Assembly: GCA_964016885.1 (NCBI GenBank)
Contig: OZ024760.1
Coordinates: 7,378,001-7,442,000 of the forward strand
Length of the DNA stretch: 64,000 bases
From: Eledone cirrhosa
Lineage: Eukaryota
Direction of reading: 5' to 3'
Part shown: piece by piece, positions 63,757-64,000 of the stretch
How the letters are laid out: each line of letters starts with the position of its first letter
How positions within the stretch are numbered: position 1 is the first letter of the stretch
The notes under the pieces: generated by a model
Told to the model about the DNA's origin: nothing
Database searches by the model: none
What the model saw: only the letters and a program-made list of their open reading frames with translations
Position numbers and translations under genes: made by a program

Positions 63757-64000
63757 GGTAAGTGAAATACCTAAAAACTGAGGAGCTCAGCTTATTTTAA
63801 AACAATTTGTTTAACAGCAAGACTTCTTTTCACTTTCCACAGTGCATGTTATGTGCAACAGAGCGAAAGCACAGAGAAAGTAAAAAACAAAAGAAAGCTT
63901 AGAGACTATTGTGGCAATAAAACCGAGAGAGAGGAGAGAGAGAATAAGAGAGGCACGAGAGAGAGGTAGAGGAGAGTGAGAGAGAGCGCAAAAAGAGGGG

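Overview
AT-rich, microsatellite-dense eukaryotic DNA. The tRNA-derived SINE families and repeat landscape suggest an octopus or other coleoid cephalopod (inference). There are two convergent spliced genes. (1) On +, a complete 9-exon PREB/SEC12 gene (856..15374; 1260 nt CDS, 419 aa by my manual splicing) with the GGGG K-loop, a WD40 propeller and a C-terminal TM helix. (2) On -, the 3' part of a giantin/GOLGB1-like coiled-coil golgin (at least 12 exons, 58901..23836, about 4100 aa visible). It ends in YFLLLHAVIIACFTGFL*, has two giant exons (6.7 and 4.4 kb), an apparent 1-nt frameshift and probably an exon hidden in the N gap. Introns and intergenic DNA hold SINEs, RTE-type LINE tails, piggyBac-like and mariner-like MITEs, Helitron remnants, a Penelope-type GIY-YIG remnant and several large tandem arrays, some derived from TEs. 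The most unusual signal is a set of mutually unrelated, (TA)n-embedded long palindromes that carry intact or degenerate type I hammerhead-ribozyme motifs. In one family the hairpin loop holding the ribozyme core is flipped between copies.
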